Shown here piece by piece: positions 37,157 through 47,892 of a DNA stretch of 64,000 bases. The notes beneath the pieces are model-generated. The model did not search any database. It was not told the DNA's origin and saw nothing but the letters and a program-made list of their open reading frames with translations. Numbering within the stretch: the stretch's first letter is position 1; every line of letters begins with the position of its first letter. The DNA is from Lachnospiraceae bacterium. GTDB taxonomy: Bacteria; Bacillota; Clostridia; Lachnospirales; Lachnospiraceae. The stretch covers positions 33,199-97,198 of the forward strand of contig JAFSDJ010000082.1 of NCBI GenBank assembly GCA_017436305.1, given 5' to 3'. The position numbers and the translations under genes are program-made.

Positions 37157-38206
37157 ATGAAAAGTAAGGGTATAAGGCTTGTTCTGCTATTGTTCTTACT
37201 TCTATGTGTACTAACAGGATGTGGGAAACGGGATGAAGAAACAGAGGATACAATGGCTGATGAAGAGAAAATTCAGATTGGTATCAGTTTCGATTCCTTT
37301 GTAATGGAAAGGTGGCAGAGAGACAGGGATATTTTTGTGTCGAAAGCAAAAGAGTTAGGCGCAGAAGTAAATGTTCAGAATGCCAATGGTGACCCTAAGG
37401 AGCAAATAGCCCAGATAGAATATTTTATAGAAAAGAAAATGGATGTTATCTTGATTGTTTCTATAGAATATGAAGGACTCCAGGATGTTATAAAAAGAGC
37501 CCAGGCCCAGGGAATTAAAATTATTTCTTATGACAGAATGATTAAAAATGCAGGTGTTGACCTTCATATTTCCTTTGATAATAAAAAAGTAGGAAGTCTT
37601 ATGGCAGAAGCCATATATAAAGAAAATCCAAATGCAAAAAAGGTCTGGATGCTGTGTGGACCTACTACAGACAATAATGTTTCTTTGGTGGAAAAAGGTT
37701 TTCGGAAAGTAATGAGGGAAAAGAACATTAAAATTGAAGAGATAATGTATGCGGACGGATGGCATTCGGAACATGCTTCTTCCTATATATATGAACATTC
37801 AGACCGTGTTGGTGAGGTAGATGGTATCATGTGTGGAAATGACAGCCTGGCTACTGCTACCATACATGCTCTTTCGGAACAGCGCCTTGCGGGTATTATA
37901 CCGGTAGTAGGACAGGATGCGGATTTAGAGGCATGCCAGAGAATTGTGGAAGGCACACAGATTATGACTGTGTATAAACCGGTAGAAAAGCTGGCGCAGA
38001 CAGCGGCAGAATATGCAGTGATGCTGGCGCAAGGGAAGGAGCTTCCTAAAACAGAAAGGGTGTTTGATGGAGTTTACCAGGTTCCTTATGTAGTATTAGA
38101 CCCTATTGCTGTTACAAAGGAAAATATGGACGAGGTTATTATCGGAAGTGGATTTCACTCGAAAGATGAAGTGTATTTAAATATGCCGGAGACGAAAACC
38201 CCCTGA
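37157..38206 (+). CDS. Lipoprotein with a type I sugar-binding-protein fold (second binding protein of the sensor operon)
   Basis: Lipobox LTGCG and a XylF/RbsB-like pattern (IGISFDS..., VDGIMCGNDS). It starts 1 nt after the regulator stop, and a strong terminator follows. Confidence 0.85.
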   Translation: MKSKGIRLVLLLFLLLCVLTGCGKRDEETEDTMADEEKIQIGISFDSFVMERWQRDRDIFVSKAKELGAEVNVQNANGDPKEQIAQIEYFIEKKMDVILIVSIEYEGLQDVIKRAQAQGIKIISYDRMIKNAGVDLHISFDNKKVGSLMAEAIYKENPNAKKVWMLCGPTTDNNVSLVEKGFRKVMREKNIKIEEIMYADGWHSEHASSYIYEHSDRVGEVDGIMCGNDSLATATIHALSEQRLAGIIPVVGQDADLEACQRIVEGTQIMTVYKPVEKLAQTAAEYAVMLAQGKELPKTERVFDGVYQVPYVVLDPIAVTKENMDEVIIGSGFHSKDEVYLNMPETKTP

Positions 38207-38227
38207 TTGGCAACAGGACATTTTTAC

Positions 38228-38275
38228 GAAATACTAGCACAAGCAACAAAAAAGTGCTAGTATTTCATTTTTTTT
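38228..38275 (+). terminator. Strong intrinsic terminator ending the sensor operon
   Basis: 13-bp perfect stem gaaatactagcac / gtgctagtatttc followed by a T8 run. Confidence 0.9.
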
Positions 38276-38333
38276 GAGTAAAAATAGATAAAAATATGAA
38301 GAAATTAGCAAACAAGTACTAATAAAGGTGTGG

Positions 38334-38364
38334 TATAGTAACAATGTAATAAATATCTATTACA
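38334..38364 (+). promoter_or_regulatory. Extended -10 element with no good -35, plus an adjacent inverted repeat, upstream of the transporter genes
   Basis: TGGTATAGT (-10 at 38334-38339). The -35 position reads aacaag, consistent with activator dependence. Inverted repeat TGTAATA-N6-TATTACA lies at 38345-38364. Confidence 0.45.
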
Positions 38365-38391
38365 AAACATAAGCAAGGGAGGATTTTTTTT

Positions 38392-39579
38392 ATGAAGAAA
38401 AAATTACTTAGCGTATTATTAGCAGTTTCCATGATGGCAACAGCATTAGTTGGTTGTGGTGGTGGAAGCACAGAAGAAACATCAGGAGACACAACAGAAG
38501 CAACAGGCGATGCAGCAGAAGATACAGATGCTGCAGGCGACAGTGCAAGCTCAGGAGACGGAGTTCAGGTAGGTATCGTACTTCCTACAAAAGATGAGCC
38601 AAGATGGTTACAGGACCAGGCACAGTTTGAAAAATTATTAGGTGATGCAGGATTTACAAGCCAGGTATTATTCAGCCAGGGTTCTTCTGCAACAGAGAAA
38701 ACAAACGTAGAAACATTAATTTCACAGGGTATTGAAGTACTTATTATTTGTGCACAGGATGCATCCGCAGCAGCAGCATCTGTAGAAGCTGCAAAAGCTG
38801 AAGGCATCACAGTTATTTCTTACGACAGATTAATCACAGGTACAGACGCAGTTGATTACTATGTAACATTTGATAGTGTTGCAGTAGGTCAGGCACAGGG
38901 CCAGTACATAATCGATAACGCACCTGAAGGAACAGGAATTCCTCTTTACTTATATGCAGGTGCAGCAACAGACAACAACGCATTCTTATTCTTCGAAGGC
39001 GCTTGGAAAACACTTCAGCCAAAGATTGCTGATGGTACATTCGTAATTGCTAACTCTTCAGAAGCAGTTGCAGTTCAGGATAAAAATGAACTTACACGTG
39101 ATGAAATGGCTACTATTATTGGACAGATCACAACAGACTGGGATTTCAACGTTGCTAAGTCTAAAGCAGAAGCTCACTTAACAGCAGTTGGTGCTGAATC
39201 TAAAGGTGATATTGTTATCTTAGCTCCTAACGATGGTACAGCTCGTTCAATTGCAGACGTATTCTCTACAGATACAGATGTAACAAGCTATGTAATTACA
39301 GGTCAGGATTCAGAAATTGCTTCTGTTCAGTACATTATCGATGGAAAACAGTCCATGACAGTATTTAAAAACACAAATACTTTAGCATCTGATACAGTTA
39401 CAATGGCTCAGAAAATCTTAGCAGGTGAAACACCTGAAACAGATACAACATACAACAATGGAAATATTGATATTCCTTCAAAACAGACAAATGTTGATGT
39501 TGTTACAAAAGATACAGTTAAATCTTTATTAATCGATTCCGGATACTATGATGCATCTGAATTCACAGGATTAGAATAA
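38392..39579 (+). CDS. Sugar ABC transporter substrate-binding lipoprotein (ChvE / multiple-monosaccharide or xylose type)
   Basis: Lipobox LVGCGG, an acidic S/T/E linker and a PBP type I fold (VGIVLPTKDEPRWLQD). Codon usage suggests high expression. Confidence 0.88.
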   Translation: MKKKLLSVLLAVSMMATALVGCGGGSTEETSGDTTEATGDAAEDTDAAGDSASSGDGVQVGIVLPTKDEPRWLQDQAQFEKLLGDAGFTSQVLFSQGSSATEKTNVETLISQGIEVLIICAQDASAAAASVEAAKAEGITVISYDRLITGTDAVDYYVTFDSVAVGQAQGQYIIDNAPEGTGIPLYLYAGAATDNNAFLFFEGAWKTLQPKIADGTFVIANSSEAVAVQDKNELTRDEMATIIGQITTDWDFNVAKSKAEAHLTAVGAESKGDIVILAPNDGTARSIADVFSTDTDVTSYVITGQDSEIASVQYIIDGKQSMTVFKNTNTLASDTVTMAQKILAGETPETDTTYNNGNIDIPSKQTNVDVVTKDTVKSLLIDSGYYDASEFTGLE

Positions 39580-39611
39580 AGAATAACATAGGCGGAAAAT
39601 AGCTAACATTT

Positions 39612-39652
39612 AAAATCAGCTTTACAAAACCTGTATTTGTAAAGCTGATTTT
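39612..39652 (+). terminator. Intercistronic 17-bp hairpin after the binding-protein gene (partial terminator or mRNA stabiliser)
   Basis: aaaatcagctttacaaa / tttgtaaagctgatttt perfect stem with a 7-nt loop. The 3' arm ends in TTTT. Confidence 0.75.
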
Positions 39653-39674
39653 TAAATCAAAAGGAGGCCAGAAA

Positions 39675-41195
39675 ATGAGTGATTATATACTTGAAATGAG
39701 AAATATCACAAAAGAATTTCCCGGTGTAAAGGCCTTAAATAATGTTAATTTCAAAGTAAAACGTGGAGAAATTCATTGTCTCGTTGGAGAAAACGGTGCG
39801 GGAAAGTCAACTTTGATGAAGGTATTATCCGGTGTTTATAAATATGGTACATACACAGGTGATATTGTCTATAACGGTGAGGTGCAGCAGTTTAGAGGAA
39901 TAGCAGACAGTGAAGATAAAGGAATTGCTATCATTTATCAGGAATTGGCACTTGTGCCAGAATTAAGTATTTATGAAAATATCTTTTTTGGACATGAAAT
40001 TATGTCCGGAAAAGTAATTGATTGGAATCAGACAATCGTAAAAGCAAAGGAAGTGCTTGAAAAAGTACGACTACATGTAGATCCTTCTACGAAGGTTAAA
40101 TCTTTAGGTGTAGGTAATCAGCAGCTTGTAGAAATTGCAAAAGCACTTAGTAAAAATGTAAAGTTACTTATTTTTGATGAACCAACGGCTGCATTAAATG
40201 AAGATGACAGCCAGAATCTGCTAGAGCTCATGAAGGAACTAAAATCCCAGGGTGTTACCTGTATTATGATTTCTCATAAGCTTCGCGAGGTTACAGCTAT
40301 CGCAGATACCATTACAGTATTAAGAGATGGTCAGACCATTGGTTCCAAAGAAAACCACGGAATTACAGAAGCAGAAATCATCAAAGATATGGTTGGAAGG
40401 GAAATCGACAACATATATCCAAAGAGAGAAAAGAAGAAAATCGGAGATGTATGTTTGGAAATAAAGAATTGGACTGTAGATGATCCAAAGAGTGGCAGAG
40501 AGATTTTACATAATGTTTCCATTAATGTAAGAAAAGGTGAGATCGTAGGTCTGCAAGGTTTGATGGGTGCCGGAAGAACGGAACTTGCCATGAGTATTTT
40601 TGGTAATCCAACAGGCTATCGGATTAAAAAGGGAGAGGTGCTTGTAAACGGCAAGAGTCAACGCTTTAAAAGTCCAAGAGAGGCAATTAATGCAGGTGTG
40701 GCGTATGTAACTGAGGATAGGAAGGGTAATGGACTTGTTTTAATTCAGGATATTCGCTATAATACCACAATTGCCAATTTGAAAAAGCTGGTAAAGGGCT
40801 TAGCTATTGATGAAAATGAAGAAATTAATGTAGCTAACGGCTATAAAAAGTCTATTAATATCAAAGCGCCATCTATTGAACAGAAGGTAGGAAATCTTAG
40901 TGGTGGAAATCAACAGAAGGTACAGCTGGCAAAATGGCTTTTTGTAGAGCCACAGGTACTGATACTGGATGAGCCTACAAGAGGTATTGACGTAGGAGCT
41001 AAGTACGAGATTTACTCACTTATGAATAAGTTGGTAGAACAGGGAATGAGTATTATTATGATTTCCTCAGAGTTGCCAGAGGTGCTTGGAATGTCTGACA
41101 GACTTTATGTTATGAGTGAGGGAACTATTACAGGTGAGCTTAGTTCCGACGAGGCTGATGAACAAACAGTTATGGCAATGGCTATTAAATCATAG
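39675..41195 (+). CDS. Sugar ABC transporter ATP-binding protein (duplicated ATPase, GguA/XylG/MglA type)
   Basis: 506 aa with two NBDs (GENGAGKST; second LSGGNQQK signature). Confidence 0.93.
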   Translation: MSDYILEMRNITKEFPGVKALNNVNFKVKRGEIHCLVGENGAGKSTLMKVLSGVYKYGTYTGDIVYNGEVQQFRGIADSEDKGIAIIYQELALVPELSIYENIFFGHEIMSGKVIDWNQTIVKAKEVLEKVRLHVDPSTKVKSLGVGNQQLVEIAKALSKNVKLLIFDEPTAALNEDDSQNLLELMKELKSQGVTCIMISHKLREVTAIADTITVLRDGQTIGSKENHGITEAEIIKDMVGREIDNIYPKREKKKIGDVCLEIKNWTVDDPKSGREILHNVSINVRKGEIVGLQGLMGAGRTELAMSIFGNPTGYRIKKGEVLVNGKSQRFKSPREAINAGVAYVTEDRKGNGLVLIQDIRYNTTIANLKKLVKGLAIDENEEINVANGYKKSINIKAPSIEQKVGNLSGGNQQKVQLAKWLFVEPQVLILDEPTRGIDVGAKYEIYSLMNKLVEQGMSIIMISSELPEVLGMSDRLYVMSEGTITGELSSDEADEQTVMAMAIKS

Positions 41196-41207
41196 GAGGT
41201 GCGCATC

Positions 41208-42407
41208 ATGGAAAAAAATGAAAACAAATCAGGCGGACTGGGTGAACTGGGAAGCTTACTTAAGAAAAACATGAAAGACTACATGATGTATATTGCATTA
41301 GTGGTAATTATGATTTTCTTTACATGGAAAACAAACGGTGGTTTCTTAACCGCCAGAAATATATCAAACCTGATTAATCAGGCGGGATATGTGGCAGTTT
41401 TAGCAATCGGTATGACATTGATTCTGATTTTGAAACACATTGATTTATCAGTAGGATTTGTAGCTGGTTTTTGTGGAGCTATTGCTGCGATTTTAATGAC
41501 AAAAGCAGGAATAAATGAGTGGCTTGCAATTGCTATTGTATTATTAATTGGTTTGGTAATTGGCTTGTATCAGGGTCTTTTAGTAACAAGACTTGGAGTA
41601 CCGGCATTCGTAACAACTCTAGCAGGTATGTTTATTTTTAGAGGAGCCTTAAACCTTGTTTTGCAGGATACAGGTACTATTATTGTTCCAAATAAAGGCT
41701 TTAATGCTTTATCCAATGGATTTATTCCGGATATTCCCGGAGTGGATTTAGGATTCCATTTATTAACATTACTGATTGGTGCAGTTGGTATTATCATGGT
41801 AGTGTTCTCGCAGGTAAAAGCCAGAAGAAATAAAATTAAATATAATTTCAAAGTAAGTTCAACACCGGTATTCGTGGCACAGATGGTATTTATTTCAGCT
41901 ATTATTATTGTGATTTGTTGGGTACTTGCAAGCTATCAGGGTGTTCCATGGACAGCAGTTATTGTAGGTGTATTGCTATTTGGCTACAACTTCATGTTAA
42001 ATAAGACCAAATTAGGAAGATATATTTATGGTATTGGTGGTAATGACCAGGCTGCTGAATTATCAGGTGTTAATGTTAAGAATGTTACATTATTTGCATT
42101 CTGCTCTATGTCTGTTATGGCAGCAATTGCAGGTATCTTGTATACCTCCAGACTTCAATCTGCAACACCAACAGCAGGTACTGCATTTGAAATGGATGCC
42201 ATTGCATCTTCTTACATTGGTGGTACTGCAGTAAGCGGTGGTGTTGGTAAAGTAACAAATACTCTGATTGGTGTACTTGTTATTATGTCTCTTACAAATG
42301 GAATGAACCTTATGGGTGTGGATATTTCCATGCAGTACATGGTAAAAGGTATTATCTTTATTATTGCTGTAGCATTTGACGTAAGAAGTCGTGCGAAAGC
42401 AAAATAG
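41208..42407 (+). CDS. Sugar ABC transporter permease (GguB/XylH type)
   Basis: About 400 aa, polytopic. AGGAGG lies 8 nt upstream of ATG 41208, and the track GTG 41199 sits inside that RBS. Confidence 0.9.
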   Translation: MEKNENKSGGLGELGSLLKKNMKDYMMYIALVVIMIFFTWKTNGGFLTARNISNLINQAGYVAVLAIGMTLILILKHIDLSVGFVAGFCGAIAAILMTKAGINEWLAIAIVLLIGLVIGLYQGLLVTRLGVPAFVTTLAGMFIFRGALNLVLQDTGTIIVPNKGFNALSNGFIPDIPGVDLGFHLLTLLIGAVGIIMVVFSQVKARRNKIKYNFKVSSTPVFVAQMVFISAIIIVICWVLASYQGVPWTAVIVGVLLFGYNFMLNKTKLGRYIYGIGGNDQAAELSGVNVKNVTLFAFCSMSVMAAIAGILYTSRLQSATPTAGTAFEMDAIASSYIGGTAVSGGVGKVTNTLIGVLVIMSLTNGMNLMGVDISMQYMVKGIIFIIAVAFDVRSRAKAK

Positions 42408-42438
42408 TGTTTAATTCATATTGCACAATAATTACAAG

Positions 42439-42469
42439 AAGGAGGACGCATAAATTCGTTCTCCTTTTT
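42439..42469 (+). terminator. Intrinsic terminator after the transporter operon
   Basis: aaggaggacg / cgttctcctt stem (one wobble) followed by a T5 run. Confidence 0.8.
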
Positions 42470-42508
42470 GTAATATATAATAAAAAATTGAAAAAATTTA
42501 ACAAAATG

Positions 42509-42537
42509 TTGTGCAATTTTGTTTTAATTGGTATAAT
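42509..42537 (+). promoter_or_regulatory. Sigma-A-like promoter with an extended -10, upstream of the MCP pair
   Basis: TTGTGC, a 17-nt spacer ending in TGG, then TATAAT (42532-42537). Confidence 0.55.
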
Positions 42538-42585
42538 AGAAAAAATAGGTACTTTAGACACATAATACAACTGGGGGACGGTGTG

Positions 42586-44772
42586 ATGAGTATGAAACTT
42601 GAAAGAAAAGAAAAAGTACAAAAAGAAAAACCTAAGAAGGAAAAAGTAAAGAAAGTAAGAATAAAAAAAGAAAAGGCTCCGAAAGCTGCAAAAACTCCAA
42701 AGGTTAAAAAGCAGGGGCAGAAACCGAAACGGAAATTTTATATTGGAATTAGTGCCAAAATTATAGGAGCCTTTTTTGTTCCGGTTGTATTTCTAATTGG
42801 TATTGGTATATTTTCCTACAATCAGACAGCGGATGCCTTAATGAAATTGTATGAGACCTCAACCATGCAGATTGTAAGCAAATCTGCAGACTATATGGAA
42901 GTAGTTTTGTTAGACGTTGAAACCACATCCTATGAGCTTGCCAATGATTTGGAAATTGTAAATTATTATGATGGAACACCTGGTGAAGGTATAGACTACG
43001 CTTATGTAGAACATAAGATTTCTACCAGACTTGGATTAGATGAGTACATACAAAATGGTTATTTTATACCTATTAATGGAAATGAACATATTAGTACAAA
43101 TCCTGATGTTGTTTTTGACAGTTCTGCTTATGAGAAGCTTATGGAAACAGAGGATTATGTTCAGGTTATGTCAAGAAACAGAAAAGCTTGGCTTGTAGAT
43201 AGTGAATTCTTAACTATGTATAGAAAAGAAGGTGTAGAAGTATTAGATACCTTGTACTTAATTCGTCGTGTAGATAATATACTTACAGGTAAAGATGTAG
43301 GTTTTTTAATTTTAGAAATGCGTCCGGAAGTTATATCGGGATTATTAGGAGAACTGGATTTAGGTAAAGACAGTATTATAGCACTTATAGCACAGGACTT
43401 AAATGAAATCGAAAAAGATCCTTTACCGGAAGGTGCACAAAAGGTAACAGAAACAGATTTTTATCTTCAAATGTTACAGACAGTAGAGGAAAGTGGTCAG
43501 GCTGATGTTGTCTACAATGGAAGAACATACTGGATGTGTTATTATCATATTGGAAGTATTGGTAATACCATGATGTCTCTCATACCGATAACGACTATGT
43601 TAGAAGAAGCAAGCCAAATTAAAAATATTACTATTGCTGTAGTAGTTGTGGTTACTATTATTGTTATTCTTATTGGAAGTATTATGGCATTTGGTATGAC
43701 AAAGGCTATGAAGAAGATTATGGCCAGTGTAGATAAAGCTGCCAAAGGTGATTTGACCGTATCCATTCAGAATAAGAGAAGAGACGAATTTGGTATTTTA
43801 AGTGAGCGTATTAACGAAATGCTTACTTCCATGCGTGCCTTGATTATTAGTGTACAGGATGCTTCTAAAGAGGTAGAATTATCTGCTTCTAAAGTAACAG
43901 AAGCTAATAGCACAGTAAATGAAGCGGCAGAAGGAATTAATAATGCAATTGTCCAGATTAAGGACGGTGTTATTTTACAGGCTGAGAATTCTGAAAACTG
44001 CATGACCAGCATGGATGATTTATCTGTTAAAATTGAAAAGGTTGCTGAAAATACAGAAGAAATTAATCATATGTCCAGTGGTACAAAGAGTCACATTGAT
44101 AGTGGTATTAATGCTATGAATGTATTAAGTGCCTCTACTGAAAAAACAAGTGAAAACCTTCACACAATTATGGAAGAAATTGGTACTCTCGCCAATAAAG
44201 TAAAAAATATTGATACTATCATAGAAGTTATTACCAATATTGCAGAACAGACCAATTTACTTTCCTTAAATGCTTCTATTGAAGCGGCCAGAGCCGGTGA
44301 AGCAGGAAGAGGCTTCTCTGTAGTAGCAACAGAAGTTAAGAATCTTGCAGATCAGTCTATTAAGGCGGCAGAAGAGATTCAAAAGATTATTGAGGATGTA
44401 CAAAAGCAAAGTGATGTTACAGCGGGATATGCTAAGAAAGCTGAGGATACCTTAAGGCTTCAGGAACAGGATTTCCAAAATGCAGTTTTGGCTTTTAACA
44501 GCATTGATGATTATGTGATGAAACTGGCACATGATATTGAAGTTATTAACAAAGAGACAGCTTCCATTGAAGATGCTAAAATTGCCACACTACAGTCTGT
44601 TCGCGGTATTACTGCAGTAGCAGAAAAGAATACAGAAGTTACCGAAATAATTGATGAAAGTGTAGAAGGACAAAAGAAAGAGCTTGAAAATCTGTCTCAT
44701 TATGCAGATGAACTTTTAAGTGTGTCCAATAAACTGCAGGATGCTATTAAACAGTTTAAGGTACAGATGTAA
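42586..44772 (+). CDS. Methyl-accepting chemotaxis protein with a Lys-rich N-terminal tail, a large Cache-like periplasmic sensor, HAMP and an MA domain
   Basis: [35 protein letters not shown] sensor of about 270 aa lies between two TM helices. GGGGGA RBS precedes ATG 42586, so the track GTG 42511 is rejected. Confidence 0.9.
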   Translation: MSMKLERKEKVQKEKPKKEKVKKVRIKKEKAPKAAKTPKVKKQGQKPKRKFYIGISAKIIGAFFVPVVFLIGIGIFSYNQTADALMKLYETSTMQIVSKSADYMEVVLLDVETTSYELANDLEIVNYYDGTPGEGIDYAYVEHKISTRLGLDEYIQNGYFIPINGNEHISTNPDVVFDSSAYEKLMETEDYVQVMSRNRKAWLVDSEFLTMYRKEGVEVLDTLYLIRRVDNILTGKDVGFLILEMRPEVISGLLGELDLGKDSIIALIAQDLNEIEKDPLPEGAQKVTETDFYLQMLQTVEESGQADVVYNGRTYWMCYYHIGSIGNTMMSLIPITTMLEEASQIKNITIAVVVVVTIIVILIGSIMAFGMTKAMKKIMASVDKAAKGDLTVSIQNKRRDEFGILSERINEMLTSMRALIISVQDASKEVELSASKVTEANSTVNEAAEGINNAIVQIKDGVILQAENSENCMTSMDDLSVKIEKVAENTEEINHMSSGTKSHIDSGINAMNVLSASTEKTSENLHTIMEEIGTLANKVKNIDTIIEVITNIAEQTNLLSLNASIEAARAGEAGRGFSVVATEVKNLADQSIKAAEEIQKIIEDVQKQSDVTAGYAKKAEDTLRLQEQDFQNAVLAFNSIDDYVMKLAHDIEVINKETASIEDAKIATLQSVRGITAVAEKNTEVTEIIDESVEGQKKELENLSHYADELLSVSNKLQDAIKQFKVQM

Positions 44773-44801
44773 TAAAATAAGCTAATTGTAGGAGAATTCA
44801 T

Positions 44802-46679
44802 ATGAAAAAGATGTGGAATAAAACAAAAACAACATCGCCGGTTGATGAGGTGAAAAAAGCTGAAAAGCCTGAAAAGCCTGAAAAGCCCAAAAAGGAAAGA
44901 GTAAAAAAGGAAAGGGTAAAAAAAGAAAAGAAGGCTAAAAAACCTAAAAAGGCCAGAAGAGGTATTATTGGAATGAAGATTTATTCATTGGTTGCAGGCC
45001 TTGTAGTAGTTGCCCTTTGTGCCCTTTTCTATATGGCCGGAACACTTACTAAGATGAGTGCCCTTAATGAAGAAATCGTAGATAATCAGGTTGTGGATAT
45101 TGAGCTGATTTCTGAAATTTCCAGAGATTTTTCTTACATTAATGGTAAGGTGCTGACACATTGTGTTGCTACAGCTGATTATAAGATGAAAAATTATGAG
45201 GAAATAATAAATGAAAGACTTGCTGAGCTGGATACAAAGGTTGAGAAATTTGAATCCAGACTATCAGAGGATGACCCTAGAAGTCCTATTTTTCAGAATT
45301 TCCTTGCTGATTATACTGTGTACAAGGAAACTGTAGCACAATTATTAACAGTTAGTAGTGTAAATAAAAACCAGGCTGCAGTTACAGCTACTTCTAACTT
45401 TGCAGTTTTTGATGAAAATGTGGAAGAGTACATAGATGACATTCTTAATATCAGTAATGAAAATATGGAAACAGCAAGACAGAAGTGTAGTGAATACAAG
45501 GCTACTATTCCGGTTGTAGAGGCTATTGCTGTCAGTTTATTATTATTAGCTTCTGTAATTATTTTCATTATTGTAAGTAGCACAGTTTTAGCACCACTTA
45601 GCAAGGTGACAAAGCAGCTTACTAAAATTATGGGTACCATTGAAAAGGGGCAGGGAGATTTATCAGCCCGTATTTCTATTAAGAACAGGGATGAAATCGG
45701 ACTTTTGGCGGATGGTGTCAACTCATTTTTAGAGATGCTACAGCAGATTATTTCCAGTATATCAGTTTCCTGTGAACAGTTGTCTGACAGACAAAAGAAA
45801 GTACTTGAGAACGTAGATATAGCCAATAAGGGTGCAGACGACACATCTGCTACTTTGGAGCAGTTGGCTGCAGGTATGCAGGAAGTGGCATCCAGTGTAG
45901 TTGTAGTAAACGAAGAAACCATTACTGCAGAAAGTTCTGTAAGAGATATGACAAAACAGGCCGAGGAAGGTGTGAATTATGCTGACCGTATTAAGGAAAG
46001 AGCACAGGCACTGGATCAACAGGCTAAAAATAGTAAAAACGAAGTTCGCCATATTGTAAGTGATATTGATCACTCTATTACGGTATCTCTGGAAAAAGGA
46101 AGAGAGGTTTCACAAATTACAGGACTTACTAATGAAATCATGGGAATTGCCCACAAGACCAATTTACTTGCATTAAATGCTTCTATTGAAGCAGCAAGAG
46201 CCGGTGAAGCAGGCCGGGGATTTGCAGTAGTTGCAGATGAAATTAGGCAATTAGCAGACAATTCTAAAAATACAGCAAGTAATATTCAGGAGATTAGTAC
46301 AGAAGTTGTACACAGTGTAGAAGAGCTTTCAGAAAATGCCAGCCGTTTGTTAGATTTTGTAAACAGCAGGGTTTTAGCAGATTATGATGCTCTTGAAGCA
46401 ACAGGCCAGCAGTATTATGAAGATGCAGAAACTTTCAGAGGGCTTATGTACCAATTCTCAGAAGCAACAGAAAAGCTTTCCGCTATGATGAAAAAAGTTA
46501 CAGACGCCAATGAAGGAATTTCTACAACTGTGCATCAAAGTACCCAAGGTATTACCAGCATGGTAGGAAATACTTCTGAATTAGCAGAAGGTATGACGGA
46601 AATTAAAGAAGCATCTGACGGTGTAAATACTGTAGTAGGTGAACTGTTAGGACAGATAGCTAAATTTACAATCCATTAA
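44802..46679 (+). CDS. Methyl-accepting chemotaxis protein with a Lys-rich N-terminal tail, a helical (4HB-like) sensor, HAMP and an MA domain
   Basis: [34 protein letters not shown]. It starts 29 nt after the previous MCP gene, so the two are probably co-transcribed. Confidence 0.9.
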   Translation: MKKMWNKTKTTSPVDEVKKAEKPEKPEKPKKERVKKERVKKEKKAKKPKKARRGIIGMKIYSLVAGLVVVALCALFYMAGTLTKMSALNEEIVDNQVVDIELISEISRDFSYINGKVLTHCVATADYKMKNYEEIINERLAELDTKVEKFESRLSEDDPRSPIFQNFLADYTVYKETVAQLLTVSSVNKNQAAVTATSNFAVFDENVEEYIDDILNISNENMETARQKCSEYKATIPVVEAIAVSLLLLASVIIFIIVSSTVLAPLSKVTKQLTKIMGTIEKGQGDLSARISIKNRDEIGLLADGVNSFLEMLQQIISSISVSCEQLSDRQKKVLENVDIANKGADDTSATLEQLAAGMQEVASSVVVVNEETITAESSVRDMTKQAEEGVNYADRIKERAQALDQQAKNSKNEVRHIVSDIDHSITVSLEKGREVSQITGLTNEIMGIAHKTNLLALNASIEAARAGEAGRGFAVVADEIRQLADNSKNTASNIQEISTEVVHSVEELSENASRLLDFVNSRVLADYDALEATGQQYYEDAETFRGLMYQFSEATEKLSAMMKKVTDANEGISTTVHQSTQGITSMVGNTSELAEGMTEIKEASDGVNTVVGELLGQIAKFTIH

Positions 46680-46696
46680 ATAAAAAATACTAATAA

Positions 46697-46748
46697 AGGA
46701 CTTCAATAATGTAAATTAAAGAAATTTACGTTGTTGAAGTCTTTTTTT
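46697..46748 (+). terminator. Intrinsic terminator after the MCP pair
   Basis: Long composite hairpin (gacttcaa..gtaaatt / aatttac..ttgaagtc) followed by a T7 run. Confidence 0.85.
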
Positions 46749-46756
46749 GATGTGTT

Positions 46757-46785
46757 TTTACACAAATCTTACATAAAAATTACTG
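46757..46785 (+). promoter_or_regulatory. Pho-box-like direct repeats upstream of pstS
   Basis: TTACA / TTACA / TTACT start at 46758, 46769 and 46780, exactly 11 bp apart. This is the spacing and half-site type known for PhoP/PhoB boxes in Firmicutes. Confidence 0.6.
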
Positions 46786-46920
46786 CCCTATGATATTTTA
46801 AGTGAATTTTACATGATAGTATAAAAATACGATAGGTGTAAAAAGAAAACAGAACGATACTAAATGTAGAAAGAGAGAGTCATAGTCCTATCCGGGTGAC
46901 TTTTTAGTGAGGAGAAAGAA

Positions 46921-47883
46921 ATGAAAAAGAATTTAAAAAAAGTGGTAGCAATTTTGGGCGTATGCGTACTTACTATGGCAGGCCTTGCAGGATGCGGCAA
47001 GAGCACTGGGGAGGCAGTTGTTGAAACATCAGAAACAACCCAACAAGTGGCCGTAGAAGAAACAACCGGGGAAGTAGCTGAAGAAGCAACAGAAGAAGCA
47101 ACGGGAGAAGTAACAGGAGAGCAGGTAGAAGAGACAACAGGTGATATTAGCGGGACTGTTACAATGGCAGGAAGTACTTCCATGGAAAAGTTAGCAAATG
47201 CAGTAGCAGAAGCTTACATGGAAAAGAATCCAAATGTAACAGTAACAGCAGAATTTACAGGTTCCTCAGCAGGTGTTGAATCTGTACTTGCAGGCAGTGT
47301 TGATATTGGAAATTCATCCAGAAACTTAAAAGACAGTGAAAAAGAAGCCGGTGCTGTAGAAAACATCGTTGCAATCGACGGTATCGCAGTAGTTGTTGAC
47401 CCGGCAAACACAGTTTCAAACTTAACAAAAGAACAGTTAACAAAGATTTACACAGGTGAAATCACAGACTGGTCTGAAGTTGGTGGTGGGGCTTCTCCAA
47501 TCGTAGTAGTAGGCCGTGAAGCAGGTTCAGGTACAAGAGGTGCATTTGAAGAAATTCTTGAAATTGAAGAAGCTTGCAAATACGCCAGTGAATTAGACAG
47601 CACAGGAGCAGTTGTGGCAAAAGTTGCATCTACACCGGGAGCAATCGGATATGTATCCTTAGACGTAATTGATGACACAGTAAAAGCTTTATCTTTAGAA
47701 AATGTTGAACCAACGGCTGAAACAATTAAAGCAGGTGAATACTTCTTAAGCAGACCATTCGTAATGGCAACGGTTGGTGAAATCTCAGAGCAGAGCCAGG
47801 CAGTACAGGGATTATTTGAATACCTTGCAAGTGACGAAGGAAAAGAACTTATTGAGTCTGTAGGACTTATTACAGTAGATTAA
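46921..47883 (+). CDS. pstS: Phosphate ABC transporter substrate-binding lipoprotein
   Basis: Lipobox LAGCG, a long acidic E/T linker, and the PstS-family core (GSTSM..., GSGTRG). Confidence 0.93.
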   Translation: MKKNLKKVVAILGVCVLTMAGLAGCGKSTGEAVVETSETTQQVAVEETTGEVAEEATEEATGEVTGEQVEETTGDISGTVTMAGSTSMEKLANAVAEAYMEKNPNVTVTAEFTGSSAGVESVLAGSVDIGNSSRNLKDSEKEAGAVENIVAIDGIAVVVDPANTVSNLTKEQLTKIYTGEITDWSEVGGGASPIVVVGREAGSGTRGAFEEILEIEEACKYASELDSTGAVVAKVASTPGAIGYVSLDVIDDTVKALSLENVEPTAETIKAGEYFLSRPFVMATVGEISEQSQAVQGLFEYLASDEGKELIESVGLITVD

Positions 47884-47892
47884 GGACAGGTT

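Noticed and set aside
37355-37798. A 147-aa antisense ORF inside the lipoprotein binding-protein gene.
   Set aside because: The sense frame has a lipobox and a PBP fold. The antisense product is Phe/Ile/Asn-rich, as expected from the AT bias.
45311-45922. A 203-aa antisense ORF inside the second tandem MCP gene. Similar antisense ORFs occur at 13380-13793, 43767-44012, 46070-46261 and 14307-14555.
   Set aside because: The sense strand encodes unmistakable MCP HAMP/MA domains. Ala/Ser/Thr/Glu-rich MCP coding sequence typically leaves the reverse frame open. There is no RBS, and the products are low complexity.
46860-47183. A 107-aa antisense ORF across the pstS start.
   Set aside because: It lies opposite the pstS signal peptide and acidic linker. 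The product is low-complexity S/T/V/P-rich, with no start context.
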